DNA of 64,000 nt from Candidatus Eiseniibacteriota bacterium (lineage in GTDB: Bacteria; Eisenbacteria; RBG-16-71-46; SZUA-252). The translations under genes were made by a program, and so were the position numbers. This document shows, piece after piece, positions 1 through 8,523 of the stretch; positions within the stretch are counted from its first letter, which is position 1; each line of letters opens with the position of its first letter. The stretch spans positions 1 through 64,000 of the forward strand of contig JANMQV010000171.1 in the NCBI GenBank assembly GCA_031370645.1, given 5' to 3'. The notes beneath the pieces are model-generated. The model ran no database searches and was not told the origin of the DNA. It saw only the letters and a program-made list of their open reading frames with translations.

Positions 1-90
1 AACATTGTCGTCTTTATCGGCGTGTTTATCTGGATCCTCCTGGGGTTCGGTATTATGGTAAGCATGGGTAACTTGATTGTCGGTCGTTAA
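1..90 (+). CDS. Possible 3' end of a membrane protein (partial, runs off window)
   Basis: Frame 1 reads NIVVFIGVFIWILLGFGIMVSMGNLIVGR then TAA at 88-90, a clean hydrophobic helix. Bases 1-120 are about 43% GC, so this could also be non-coding. Confidence 0.35.
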   Translation, partial: NIVVFIGVFIWILLGFGIMVSMGNLIVGR

Positions 91-280
91 CTTAACTTAA
101 CGCTTTCTAACAAACCGAGGCGCCTTTGGAATTCGCCATCGGCGCCTGGCTGCACTGAACCTCCTCGGTCACTCTGTGCCCCTAGAGCCGCACTATTCCC
201 CTCCCGGAAGATTCACCCGAATGGCGCCATCCCGCGCCGCTGCAGCGGTTTGAGAGCCCTTGGAAGGTCCTATCCCCTCC

Positions 281-296
281 TGGCACCCGATATGCA
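281..296 (+). promoter_or_regulatory. sigma54 (-24/-12) promoter candidate upstream of M15 peptidase
   Basis: TGGCAC-CCGAT-ATGCA: correct GG-N10-GC spacing versus consensus TGGCACG-N4-TTGCW. Confidence 0.55.
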
Positions 297-377
297 GCCT
301 TTGACGGGAATGGAACCCCACCCAGGGGGTAGTCCTCAGCAACTTCTCCTCACACGAGCAAGAATCGAGGAATATCC

Positions 378-1304
378 ATGGGCCAGGCTCGCCGACTCGC
401 CGCTCTGCTTTGCGGCCTCATTTCCGTCCTCATCGCGCCGGTCGCGCGGCCGGCGGTAGAAGACGTCCACGCCCCGGGCGGTTCGCCAGGGATGGTCGTG
501 GAGGGCGTTCGCTCGCCGCTTCGTGACCTGTTCGGGGCAAGCGGAAACCTTCGAGCGTTGATCGGTACGCCGGAGTGGTTGTCCCAAAGTTCGGTGTTCC
601 AACCGCTTCTCTCCAAGATCTTTTTTGGCACGCCGGGCGTGCGCTCCCTGGGCGTACCCACGCCCAGCGGTGATTCGCTTGTCGTCGTCACGCTCGAAAC
701 TCTCGGCGCCATGAAGGGTTCGCGACTGGCTGCCTACCGCGTCGGGAGGTGGCCGACGCGCGGCCGAGCCCTGACGGATCCGCGCTATGCGCCTCCTCCC
801 GGATTCATCACCGTGACGCGGGAGAACGAATCGACGCCGGTGTCGAAACGGTTCCGCTTCCGAGATTTCCTGACGCACGACCAGCAGAAGGTGTGGCCCA
901 AGGTCCTAGTGCTGCGCGTGGACCTGCTGGACAAACTGGAACTTGTCGGGGACGAACTGGAGCGTCGGGGGCTTCCGGGTTCGCTCCACATCATGTCGGG
1001 ATTTCGGACGCCGCAGTACAACGCGCAGGGCGTTGGCCCGAAGGGGGGCCGAGCCGGACAGAGCCGGCACATGTACGGCGACGCGGCCGACGTGATCGTG
1101 GATGGAAACGGGGACGGGGTCATGGATGATCTCGACGGCGACGGCAAGTCCACGCTGCGCGACGCGCGCGTGCTCTACGCCGTGGCCGAAAGCGTCGAGG
1201 CACACCACCCCAGCCTGGTGGGAGGGCTATCGGCCTACCCGGCGAACGCGGGGCACGGGCCATTCGTGCACATCGACGCGCGCGGCGAACGCGCCCGCTG
1301 GTGA
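378..1304 (+). CDS. Secreted peptidase M15 family (D-Ala-D-Ala carboxypeptidase / YcbK-like) metallopeptidase
   Basis: N-terminal signal peptide; SGFRTPQYN, SRHMYGDAAD and FVHIDARG zinc motifs; GAGG SD before ATG. Confidence 0.85.
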   Translation: MGQARRLAALLCGLISVLIAPVARPAVEDVHAPGGSPGMVVEGVRSPLRDLFGASGNLRALIGTPEWLSQSSVFQPLLSKIFFGTPGVRSLGVPTPSGDSLVVVTLETLGAMKGSRLAAYRVGRWPTRGRALTDPRYAPPPGFITVTRENESTPVSKRFRFRDFLTHDQQKVWPKVLVLRVDLLDKLELVGDELERRGLPGSLHIMSGFRTPQYNAQGVGPKGGRAGQSRHMYGDAADVIVDGNGDGVMDDLDGDGKSTLRDARVLYAVAESVEAHHPSLVGGLSAYPANAGHGPFVHIDARGERARW

Positions 1305-1455
1305 TCGGCCAGGCCGCCCCTAGCACAACCCGCAAGCCCCACCACGCTGTGGGATTGTAAAAACCGTCCGAACATAGTTACACCTAAGCCCCGCTCGGCA
1401 GCGCCCCCGGAGCAAGAGCCCCAGCAATTTGAGTCTCTTACGCCGATCCCCCTCC

Positions 1456-1471
1456 TGGCACGCGAGTTGCG
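1456..1471 (+). promoter_or_regulatory. sigma54 (-24/-12) promoter
   Basis: TGGCACG-CGAG-TTGCG, near-perfect consensus. TGTAA...TTACA inverted pair at 1356-1382 lies at enhancer distance. Confidence 0.7.
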
Positions 1472-1532
1472 TTTCCCTCCACCGATCGCAGCGCTCCCTT
1501 CCCGCTCCACCAATCGGTAATCGGAGAATCGA

Positions 1533-1610
1533 CTGAAACCACTCGGCTTCGTTCTCGTGGCCCTCGGAGGCGTGTAGATCCTGATTGGCCCCAAGAAGCA
1601 CCCGGCTTAA
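1533..1610 (+). pseudogene. Decayed small membrane-protein gene remnant
   Basis: After SD GGAG: CTG start, reads LKPLGFVLVALGGV*ILIGPKKHPA*, in-frame TAG at 1575-1577. Directly downstream of the sigma54 promoter. Confidence 0.35.
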
Positions 1611-1668
1611 AGTCGCTTGCCACGAAGGCGCGCGCAGTCGCAGTCGATCCCTAGAACGAGGTGATGCC

Positions 1669-2538
1669 ATGGCGAAAGCCAAAAAGAATACGGTGCGCGC
1701 CGCCAAAGATTCGGTATCCGTTGTGAGCGACGTCAAGACTCAGGACCGAGCGGCGCCGGAACGAAAGCTCAATCCCAAGCTCTATCAACGCGAGCTTTCT
1801 CGGCTCCAGCTCGAGCTCTTGAAATTACAGGAATACGTACGCTCCAAGGGACTGAAGGTCGTCGTTCTGTTCGAGGGGCGCGACGCTGCCGGGAAAGGCG
1901 GCGTCATCAAGCGGATCACGCAGAGCCTGAACCCCCGCACCTGCCGCATCGTGGCGCTCGGCACGCCGACGGAGCGCGAGACCTCACAGTGGTACTTCCA
2001 ACGCTACGTGGCGCATCTCCCCGCGGCCGGCGAGATGGTGCTCTTCGACCGTAGCTGGTACAACCGAGCCGGCGTCGAACGGGTCATGGGATTCTGCACC
2101 AAGGATGAATATGTCGAGTTCATGCGATCCTGCCCCGAGTTCGAGCGCATGCTGATTCGCTCGGATATCGTGCTACTCAAGTATTGGTTCTCGGTCAGCG
2201 ACGAGGAGCAGGAGCAGCGCTTCCAAAAGCGCATTCATGACCCCGCCAAGCGCTGGAAGCTGAGCCCGATGGACCTCGAATCTCGCGCACGCTGGGTCGA
2301 CTACTCGCGAGCGAAGGACGCCATGTTGGCGGCGCGCGAGACCAAGGAAGCTCCGTGGTGGGTGGTGCCGGCCGACAACAAACGGCGGGCTCGCCTCAAT
2401 TGCATTACGCATCTCTTGAGCCAATTCAATTACAAGAACTACGCGCCGAAGAAGCTGAAGCTCCCGCGCCGGCAGGTGGACGTTACGTACGTTCGTCCCC
2501 CAGTCACCGAACAGAACTTCGTCCCCGAGGTCTACTGA
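1669..2538 (+). CDS. ppk2: Polyphosphate kinase 2
   Basis: FEGRDAAGKGG Walker A, FDRSWYNRAGVE, KRWKLSPMD; start re-picked at ATG 1669 after GAGGTG SD. Confidence 0.95.
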   Translation: MAKAKKNTVRAAKDSVSVVSDVKTQDRAAPERKLNPKLYQRELSRLQLELLKLQEYVRSKGLKVVVLFEGRDAAGKGGVIKRITQSLNPRTCRIVALGTPTERETSQWYFQRYVAHLPAAGEMVLFDRSWYNRAGVERVMGFCTKDEYVEFMRSCPEFERMLIRSDIVLLKYWFSVSDEEQEQRFQKRIHDPAKRWKLSPMDLESRARWVDYSRAKDAMLAARETKEAPWWVVPADNKRRARLNCITHLLSQFNYKNYAPKKLKLPRRQVDVTYVRPPVTEQNFVPEVY

Positions 2539-2547
2539 TCGAACGGA

Positions 2548-2832
2548 CTAGCCGGTCCGTTCCGCCCTTCCAAAACGACGGATCGCTCTCGCCCGAGCCT
2601 TCGCCGCCTCCACGTCGCGATCCTTGGGAGTGCCGGTCGCCGTGAGGGCGTCGAGCAACACGCGCACCCCCCCCGACACCTCATCGACGGCACGATCGAA
2701 TGCAGGCTGGTTCGCGAGGGACGGTTTGTTGAAGCCGCTGACTTTGCGTACGAACTGGAGCGAAGCAGCGCGAACTTCCTCGTCCGTCGCGGAGGGCGTG
2801 AAGTTGTGGAGGGTCCGAATATTTCGACACAT
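2548..2832 (-). CDS. DUF2277 family protein
   Basis: Characteristic N-terminus MCRNIRTLHNF..ATDEEVRAASLQFVRKVSGF. Confidence 0.85.
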   Translation of the reverse strand: MCRNIRTLHNFTPSATDEEVRAASLQFVRKVSGFNKPSLANQPAFDRAVDEVSGGVRVLLDALTATGTPKDRDVEAAKARARAIRRFGRAERTG

Positions 2833-2836
2833 CTTG

Positions 2837-3286
2837 TTACCCCTTGCGTCGTGGAGCCTTGCTCGGCGGAGGCGGCGGCTCCATGCCCGACAATCTCAAC
2901 AGTCGCAAGTACTGCGCTTCGGTGAATGGCATGATCGAGAGCCGAGAGAAGCGAACGAGCTCGGTGTGCTGCAGCACGGCGTCGATTCGCGCCTGCGCAA
3001 GGGTCACCGGCTCGGGAAGCGGCCGATCGGCTTCGAGCTCCACGACCGGTCGTTTCGGATTCTTCAGTTTCGGGTCGGGGTACGCGTCCGAAACAGCGAT
3101 CGCGAGACCGACGGCCTGCTTCTCGTCGCCGGAGTGATAGACGATCACGCTATCACCCTTCTTGATCGTGGCGAGATGAAGCAGCGCGGCCGCGTTCGTG
3201 ACGCCGTCCCAGACGGTGCGTGTGTCTCGCTGTAGATCGAAGAAGGAATAGGTCGAGGGTTCTGTCTTGACGAGGAATCGTGCCAT
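2837..3286 (-). CDS. EVE domain-containing protein
   Basis: FLVKTEPSTYSF, WDGVTN, YHSG, RLSIMP motifs; start re-picked at MARF (3286). Confidence 0.9.
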   Translation of the reverse strand: MARFLVKTEPSTYSFFDLQRDTRTVWDGVTNAAALLHLATIKKGDSVIVYHSGDEKQAVGLAIAVSDAYPDPKLKNPKRPVVELEADRPLPEPVTLAQARIDAVLQHTELVRFSRLSIMPFTEAQYLRLLRLSGMEPPPPPSKAPRRKG

Positions 3287-3381
3287 GAGGGGAGCATACC
3301 AGTCCGCGGCCGGTGGCGCACTCACGCAAGCCGCGCCTCTGAAGATTGCCCCCGACGTGCCGCCTTCTCCGCTCGATCCCC

Positions 3382-4347
3382 CTACCGCGCCGTCCCGACC
3401 CCGCTCGGCACGGTGAGCGGGGGGAGCGTCGACTCGATTTCCTTCCGGCGCGGCTCCAGCCACGGCGGCAATACCAGCTTCTCGCCGAGATGCGCCGTCT
3501 CCTCATCCACACCGAACCCCGGCCCGTCGGTAGCCAGTTCGAATAGCACCCCACCCGGCTCCTTGAAGTAGACCGATCGGAACCAGAAGCGGTCGATCAC
3601 CGGCGTCGGTCGCGCGCCGGCTTTCTCGATCCGTTCTCTCACCGCGAGTTCGTGAGTATCGTCGTCCACGCGCCAGGCGAGGTGATGGATCGCGCCCACA
3701 CCCCACATGCCGCGCTGCATCTGCGGCAATTCGGATACGTCGAGAAACGTCCCCGACCCTCCAGCCTCGAGCGAATAGCGGTGCCACGCTCCTTCGGTGC
3801 CTACGAGCTTGAACTTCATCACGTCCTCAAGAAACGAGGTGGTAGGCGAAAGCGAGCGTTCCAGCAGTCGAGCGCCGTGAAGGCCGCGAATCTGCTTCTC
3901 CTGCGGCACCGGACTTCCGTCGTATGCGGCGAACGATCGATGCGACGGCTCGGGAGTTTCCACGAGCGCCACCCGCAGTCCGTGCGGATCGGCGAACGGC
4001 AACGCCTTCTCTCCGAAGCGCGTCTCCACTCCGCCCACGAGTCCGCCGTAGCGGGAGACACGATCCCCCCAATAGCCGAGCGTGCCCGCCGGAACCGCGA
4101 GCGCGACTTCGTTCGCGAGTCCGTGCCCCGGCACGGGGGGCGCCATCTCCGGCCACGGGAAGAAGGTGAGGTCGCTTCCCGCATGCCCCTCCGCGTCGGC
4201 GTAGAAGAGATGGTAAGTGCCCGGGTCGTCCTGGTTAACGCTTCGTTTGACCAACCGCATCCCTAGAACACCCGCGTAGAAATCGAGATTCTCCTGAGCG
4301 GGTCCGGCGATCGCGGTGACGTGGTGGAGCGCGGTGACACTCTTCAT
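3382..4347 (-). CDS. Ring-cleaving dioxygenase, glyoxalase/VOC family (MhqO/MhqA-like)
   Basis: LHHVTAIAG, VNQDDPGTYHLFY, HHLAWR, DRFWFRSVYFKEPGGVLFELATDGPGF. Confidence 0.9.
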   Translation of the reverse strand: MKSVTALHHVTAIAGPAQENLDFYAGVLGMRLVKRSVNQDDPGTYHLFYADAEGHAGSDLTFFPWPEMAPPVPGHGLANEVALAVPAGTLGYWGDRVSRYGGLVGGVETRFGEKALPFADPHGLRVALVETPEPSHRSFAAYDGSPVPQEKQIRGLHGARLLERSLSPTTSFLEDVMKFKLVGTEGAWHRYSLEAGGSGTFLDVSELPQMQRGMWGVGAIHHLAWRVDDDTHELAVRERIEKAGARPTPVIDRFWFRSVYFKEPGGVLFELATDGPGFGVDEETAHLGEKLVLPPWLEPRRKEIESTLPPLTVPSGVGTAR

Positions 4348-4445
4348 ACGAAAGTCCTCCTGAGTCCGGAGCCCCTGGCCCGGGATACGGACTTGGATGC
4401 ACGATGCGGGCCTGGAGATTTTGAGCTCTGGCCGAGCCTGCCCGC

Positions 4446-5981
4446 CTACGCGATACCCGCGCCGACGCGCTCATCCGCCTTAAGGCCGTAGAGCGGCTGG
4501 TATTTCCGCCAAAGGTAGTCCATGTAGGGCTCGATCGTGAGGTCTTGCCCTGTCACGCGACGCACCAACTCGGGCGAGGTGAACTTGGAGCCGTGGCGAT
4601 AGATGTTCTCCTTGAGCCAGCCATGGAGCCGCGAAAATTCTCCCTTCGCCACGTCGCTCGGGATTTCCGGATGCGACTTCACCGCCGTATCGTAGAACTG
4701 GGCGGAAAGAATGTTCCCGAGCGTGTACCCCTGGAAGACGCCGCCGATCGGCCCCGCATACCAATGCACGTCCTGAAGGACGCCGTGGCGGTCGTCGGGA
4801 ACGATCTGTCCGAGATCGGCTTCCACGCGCTCTCGCCAGACGCGCGCCAGATCCTTCACCGCGAGCTTCCCTTCCAGGAGTTCCAGTTCCAGGTCGAATC
4901 GCAGCATGACGTGCAGGTTGTAGGTGACTTCATCCGCGTCGGTGCGGATGAGTGTCCGTTCCACGCGATTGACGGCGCGATAGAATGTGTCGACCGGGAC
5001 CCCCTTCAATTGAGACGGGAACGCGGCCTGCAGGCGCGGGTAGAAGTGATCCCAGAATCCCCTGCTTCGGCCCACGATGTTTTCCCAGAGCCGCGACTGG
5101 CTTTCGTGCACGCCGGCGGACGTCCCGTGCCCGAGCGGCGATCCCTCGAGGGCGGGATCGACGCCTTGCTCGTAGAGCGCGTGCCCTGACTCATGAAGCG
5201 TGGAGAAGAGAGCGTCCGTGATGTCGTCCTCGCGGACTCTCGTCGTGATTCGCACGTCTCCCGAGGAAAACGTGGTCTGGAACGGATGATGCGTCAGGTC
5301 CTGGCGCCCCCGCTGGAAGTCATATCCGAACCGCTCGATCACGCCGACGCCGAAGGCAAGCTGATCCGCGGCCGGTGCGTGCTGCTGAAGGCAGGAGTTG
5401 TCGGCCAAGGGACGCGACCCGATGGCGCGCACGAGTGGGACGAGGCGCTCCCGCAGCGTCGCGAAGAGGGACCGAACCGACGACGCCTTCATTCCGTAAT
5501 CGTAGAAATTGATCATCGGATCGGCGATGTGCTCGAATCCCGGGTAGCACTCCGCCGTGCGCCGCGACAGCTCGAGCGTCTTCTCGAGAAGCGGACGAAC
5601 CGCCGCGAAATCGTTGGCGGGCTTCGCCACGGTCCACACTTGATAGCTCTTGGCCTGATGCTCCTGAAATTCCGACACGAGGCTTGCGGGGCGGCGCACG
5701 GCGAGGTCCCAGGAGCGGCGCGTCACGCGGACGATCGACGCCTCGTCGGACTCGAAGGGAAACGCCTCCGTCTCTTTCGCGGCGGCATCGAGGAGCTGTC
5801 CCATCTCGGCGGCCGTGAACTTCTCGTGCGCGATCCTCGTCAGGGTCGCGGTCTGCCGGCCGCGGCCCGCCGCGCCTCCCGGAGGCATGTAGGTGGCTTG
5901 ATCCCATTGCAGCACGGCCGACGCGCGGTAGAGATCGTCTACCTCGCGGAGTCTTACCTTCAGCGCGTCGAGAGATTTCAT
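4446..5981 (-). CDS. Carboxypeptidase M32 (Taq-type)
   Basis: HPF, HESGHALYEQ, HESQSRLWEN, IRTDADEVTY, LQDVHW motifs. Confidence 0.95.
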   Translation of the reverse strand: MKSLDALKVRLREVDDLYRASAVLQWDQATYMPPGGAAGRGRQTATLTRIAHEKFTAAEMGQLLDAAAKETEAFPFESDEASIVRVTRRSWDLAVRRPASLVSEFQEHQAKSYQVWTVAKPANDFAAVRPLLEKTLELSRRTAECYPGFEHIADPMINFYDYGMKASSVRSLFATLRERLVPLVRAIGSRPLADNSCLQQHAPAADQLAFGVGVIERFGYDFQRGRQDLTHHPFQTTFSSGDVRITTRVREDDITDALFSTLHESGHALYEQGVDPALEGSPLGHGTSAGVHESQSRLWENIVGRSRGFWDHFYPRLQAAFPSQLKGVPVDTFYRAVNRVERTLIRTDADEVTYNLHVMLRFDLELELLEGKLAVKDLARVWRERVEADLGQIVPDDRHGVLQDVHWYAGPIGGVFQGYTLGNILSAQFYDTAVKSHPEIPSDVAKGEFSRLHGWLKENIYRHGSKFTSPELVRRVTGQDLTIEPYMDYLWRKYQPLYGLKADERVGAGIA

Positions 5982-6077
5982 CAGATCCTCCGGTGGAGTC
6001 GGGCCGCGGGTTCGGTATCGACTCTACCTGGGCGGCGCGTTTCTGTCAGCAGCGTCGAGGAGCCCCGGAGGCGGGGC

Positions 6078-6245
6078 CTACATGCGTGAGAGCTTGAACC
6101 CGGCCCAGATCCCAGCCACTCCCCCCACCATGCTGAGGACGACCGAAGCGATCGAGAACCCACCGGCGCCCCAGAGCGCCGGGAGATAACCGCCGAGCGT
6201 CGAGCCGACCACCATGCCGATCATGATCAACGTTTTCGATTTCAT
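6078..6245 (-). CDS. 55-aa small two-helix membrane protein (below ORF-track cutoff)
   Basis: MKSKTLIMIGMVVGSTLGGYLPALWGAGGFSIASVVLSMVGGVAGIWAGFKLSRM*; ATG overlaps the M23 gene stop (ATGA). Confidence 0.75.
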   Translation of the reverse strand: MKSKTLIMIGMVVGSTLGGYLPALWGAGGFSIASVVLSMVGGVAGIWAGFKLSRM

Positions 6246-8305
6246 GGCCCCTTTCGAACCGCGCCCTCGATGCGGCTCTGGTTACCGGCGCGATCGACCG
6301 CCACGACCGCGACGTCATGCGCCCCGGGTGAGGGAGGGTGGAGTGGCCGCCATCGAAGGACGCCGGCTTCCGGATCCCATTCGGTCGGTACGCGCCGTCC
6401 ATCGACCTCAAGGTACGACTTCGTTCCATCGATCCCGCTCCCGTCGTCCGCTACCGCCGCCTCGATTGCCCACCGGCTGTAGGGCGACCGCGGCGCGGAC
6501 GCGACGGGAGAAGGCCGAAGCTTGATTCGAGGGGCGATGTCGTCGCGAAAGATCGCGAAGGTCCCGAGCCGTCTCGATTCGCCTCGCACCATGCTGGAAA
6601 CGCTGTCCACGACGGCGCCGACCCACTGCCACCGCGTGCCCTCAAGCCGATAGAGCCCGATCCTCTCCCGCGACGCCGCGCGGGACAAGACGAGTGCGAC
6701 GCGCGCGGCCCGTCGAAGCGGAAGCGTCGTCGGCTCCAAGCGCCACGCCGTTCCCACGGAGACGAGCCCGATTGGGTGGCGCGCCGAAACCGAGTAGGCG
6801 AGGAGCGCCGCGTCCTCGAACAGAGTCCCCGCTCGGAGATCGACCTGGAAGGATGTCGCGGAGTCGGAGAAGGAGACCTCCTTCGAAGGGACGGCGCATC
6901 GAGCCCAGACGCCGCCGAACTGGTCGACCCGCGGGGCCGTGCCCTCGGCTGATCGTATCGCGAGCGGCAATCGTCGCGAGCCTTTGAGCAGATCCGAAGG
7001 AACCGCCAGCGTGACCGACCAGGCGTTGACTCCGCGCGTAGCGCGTCGTGCTCGATCGGCGAATTGGATGGAGACGTCCCGTTTCGCAGTCGCAATCGGA
7101 ATCTGAAGTCGTAGGAATCCACCGGGGAGCGAGATGACTTCGAGCGACTCGTCGGTCCACGGTTTCTCGCCCCGCGACCAACCGGCCGTCGCCGCAGTCG
7201 CCGCCGGCCCGGGACGAATCACGAGCGTTCGCGATACCCGCCCTCCTCCGAGATCCTGGGCGTAGACGCGAAGGGGTCTCGGTGGATCGCCCGCACGAAT
7301 CTCGATCGTCCCCGCCTCCTCTCCCGCGGGGGCATCGGCGTGGAGAACCGCCGGTCGGAACCCTACGGGAGCCCAGAGGACGAACCCTTTCCCTCCATTC
7401 ACTCGCCCCGTGTCGTAGACGTAGTCGGCCTCGGGCATGTCCGTCGCCCAGGAAACGCTGTCGAATCGACACTCCGTCCGCCGGCCGTCCCACTCGACCC
7501 CGACTCGCCACGGCGCGACGCGAGCACCGCCCGCTGCGATCCGATCGTACGCGCTTGCGATGGCTCGGAATCTTCCGAGCGCCGTCAGCGTGTCACGGCG
7601 GGCAAAGTCGAAGGTGGCCGGCCCCGCGTTCCCCTCGACGATGGAGGCATCGTCGAGCGGCTCGAGCGTGAGATCGGTCAGGGTGGGCGGAACGGCGTCC
7701 GCGGTAGCGAGTCCTGCTCGCACCGGGTGGTAGGCGACATCGCCGCGCCGGACTTCGAAGTGCAGGTGCGGACCTCCTGCCCCGCTCTCCCCCGACCAAG
7801 CCATGAGGGCTCCCGCCTTGAACGAGAAGCGGCCACGGACGGGCCAGAGGTCCTGCTCGTAATCCCCCTTCGCTACCTTCGCGCTGTCGACGTAGGAAGC
7901 GATCGATGGGGCGAACGCATCGAGATGCCCGAACTCAAGCAGCCTTCCGTCCCGTGCTCGGAAGTAGAGCGCGCGGCCGTAGCCGACGCCCGAACTCCGC
8001 ACGCGCTCGATCCATCCGCTCACCGGTGCCCGGACGGCGCGCCCCGTGCGCTGCGCCGTCCCGAAATCGAAGCCGGCGTGAAAATGACCGCCTCGGAAAT
8101 CGCCGAACCCGCCGTTCAACACTCGCGCGCCACGGAGCGGAGCGGTGCTCAGACGCGGCATGAAGGGTGGAGGAATGGAGGTCTCTCGCTTCGGCACCGC
8201 GGAGGGCTTCGGCGCCGCCGATTCCGCGGCGCGCCCCGGCACGGCGAGCGAACCGAGAAGGATTCCCACGAGGGCACCACGGCGGAGCGCGGAGTTGAGC
8301 GTCAT
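6242..8305 (-). CDS. M23 family metallopeptidase with C-terminal Ig-like domains
   Basis: Signal peptide; HFHAGFD (HxxxD), GYGR, GPHLHFEVR (HxH); start re-picked at MTLNS (8305). Confidence 0.85.
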   Translation of the reverse strand: MTLNSALRRGALVGILLGSLAVPGRAAESAAPKPSAVPKRETSIPPPFMPRLSTAPLRGARVLNGGFGDFRGGHFHAGFDFGTAQRTGRAVRAPVSGWIERVRSSGVGYGRALYFRARDGRLLEFGHLDAFAPSIASYVDSAKVAKGDYEQDLWPVRGRFSFKAGALMAWSGESGAGGPHLHFEVRRGDVAYHPVRAGLATADAVPPTLTDLTLEPLDDASIVEGNAGPATFDFARRDTLTALGRFRAIASAYDRIAAGGARVAPWRVGVEWDGRRTECRFDSVSWATDMPEADYVYDTGRVNGGKGFVLWAPVGFRPAVLHADAPAGEEAGTIEIRAGDPPRPLRVYAQDLGGGRVSRTLVIRPGPAATAATAGWSRGEKPWTDESLEVISLPGGFLRLQIPIATAKRDVSIQFADRARRATRGVNAWSVTLAVPSDLLKGSRRLPLAIRSAEGTAPRVDQFGGVWARCAVPSKEVSFSDSATSFQVDLRAGTLFEDAALLAYSVSARHPIGLVSVGTAWRLEPTTLPLRRAARVALVLSRAASRERIGLYRLEGTRWQWVGAVVDSVSSMVRGESRRLGTFAIFRDDIAPRIKLRPSPVASAPRSPYSRWAIEAAVADDGSGIDGTKSYLEVDGRRVPTEWDPEAGVLRWRPLHPPSPGAHDVAVVAVDRAGNQSRIEGAVRKGP

Positions 8306-8408
8306 CCGCGCGACTCTAGCACAGGCGAGAACGGCTCCCACCCGCGCCCGAATGGGGCAATCAACGAGCCTGTAATACATTGACGTTCAATACGATGCAT
8401 GATCCATC

Positions 8409-8436
8409 TAAAGCCAACCCTCAAGTCTGCCGATAA
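8409..8436 (+). promoter_or_regulatory. sigma28 (FliA/SigD/WhiG)-type promoter candidate
   Basis: TAAA-N16-GCCGATAA, about 85 nt upstream of the 8524 ORF. Confidence 0.5.
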
Positions 8437-8523
8437 CCAAGAGGATTCGGCGTCTCCTCCGTCGGTCGCGGAGACGCCACCCTTCCTTCCACCATCTCAT
8501 GAACGACGGAGCGCCCCGTGAAA

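Noticed and set aside
14-21. Second sigma28 -10 element (GCCGATAA on the minus strand)
   Set aside because: No TAAA at the -35 position, and any target gene would lie outside the window.
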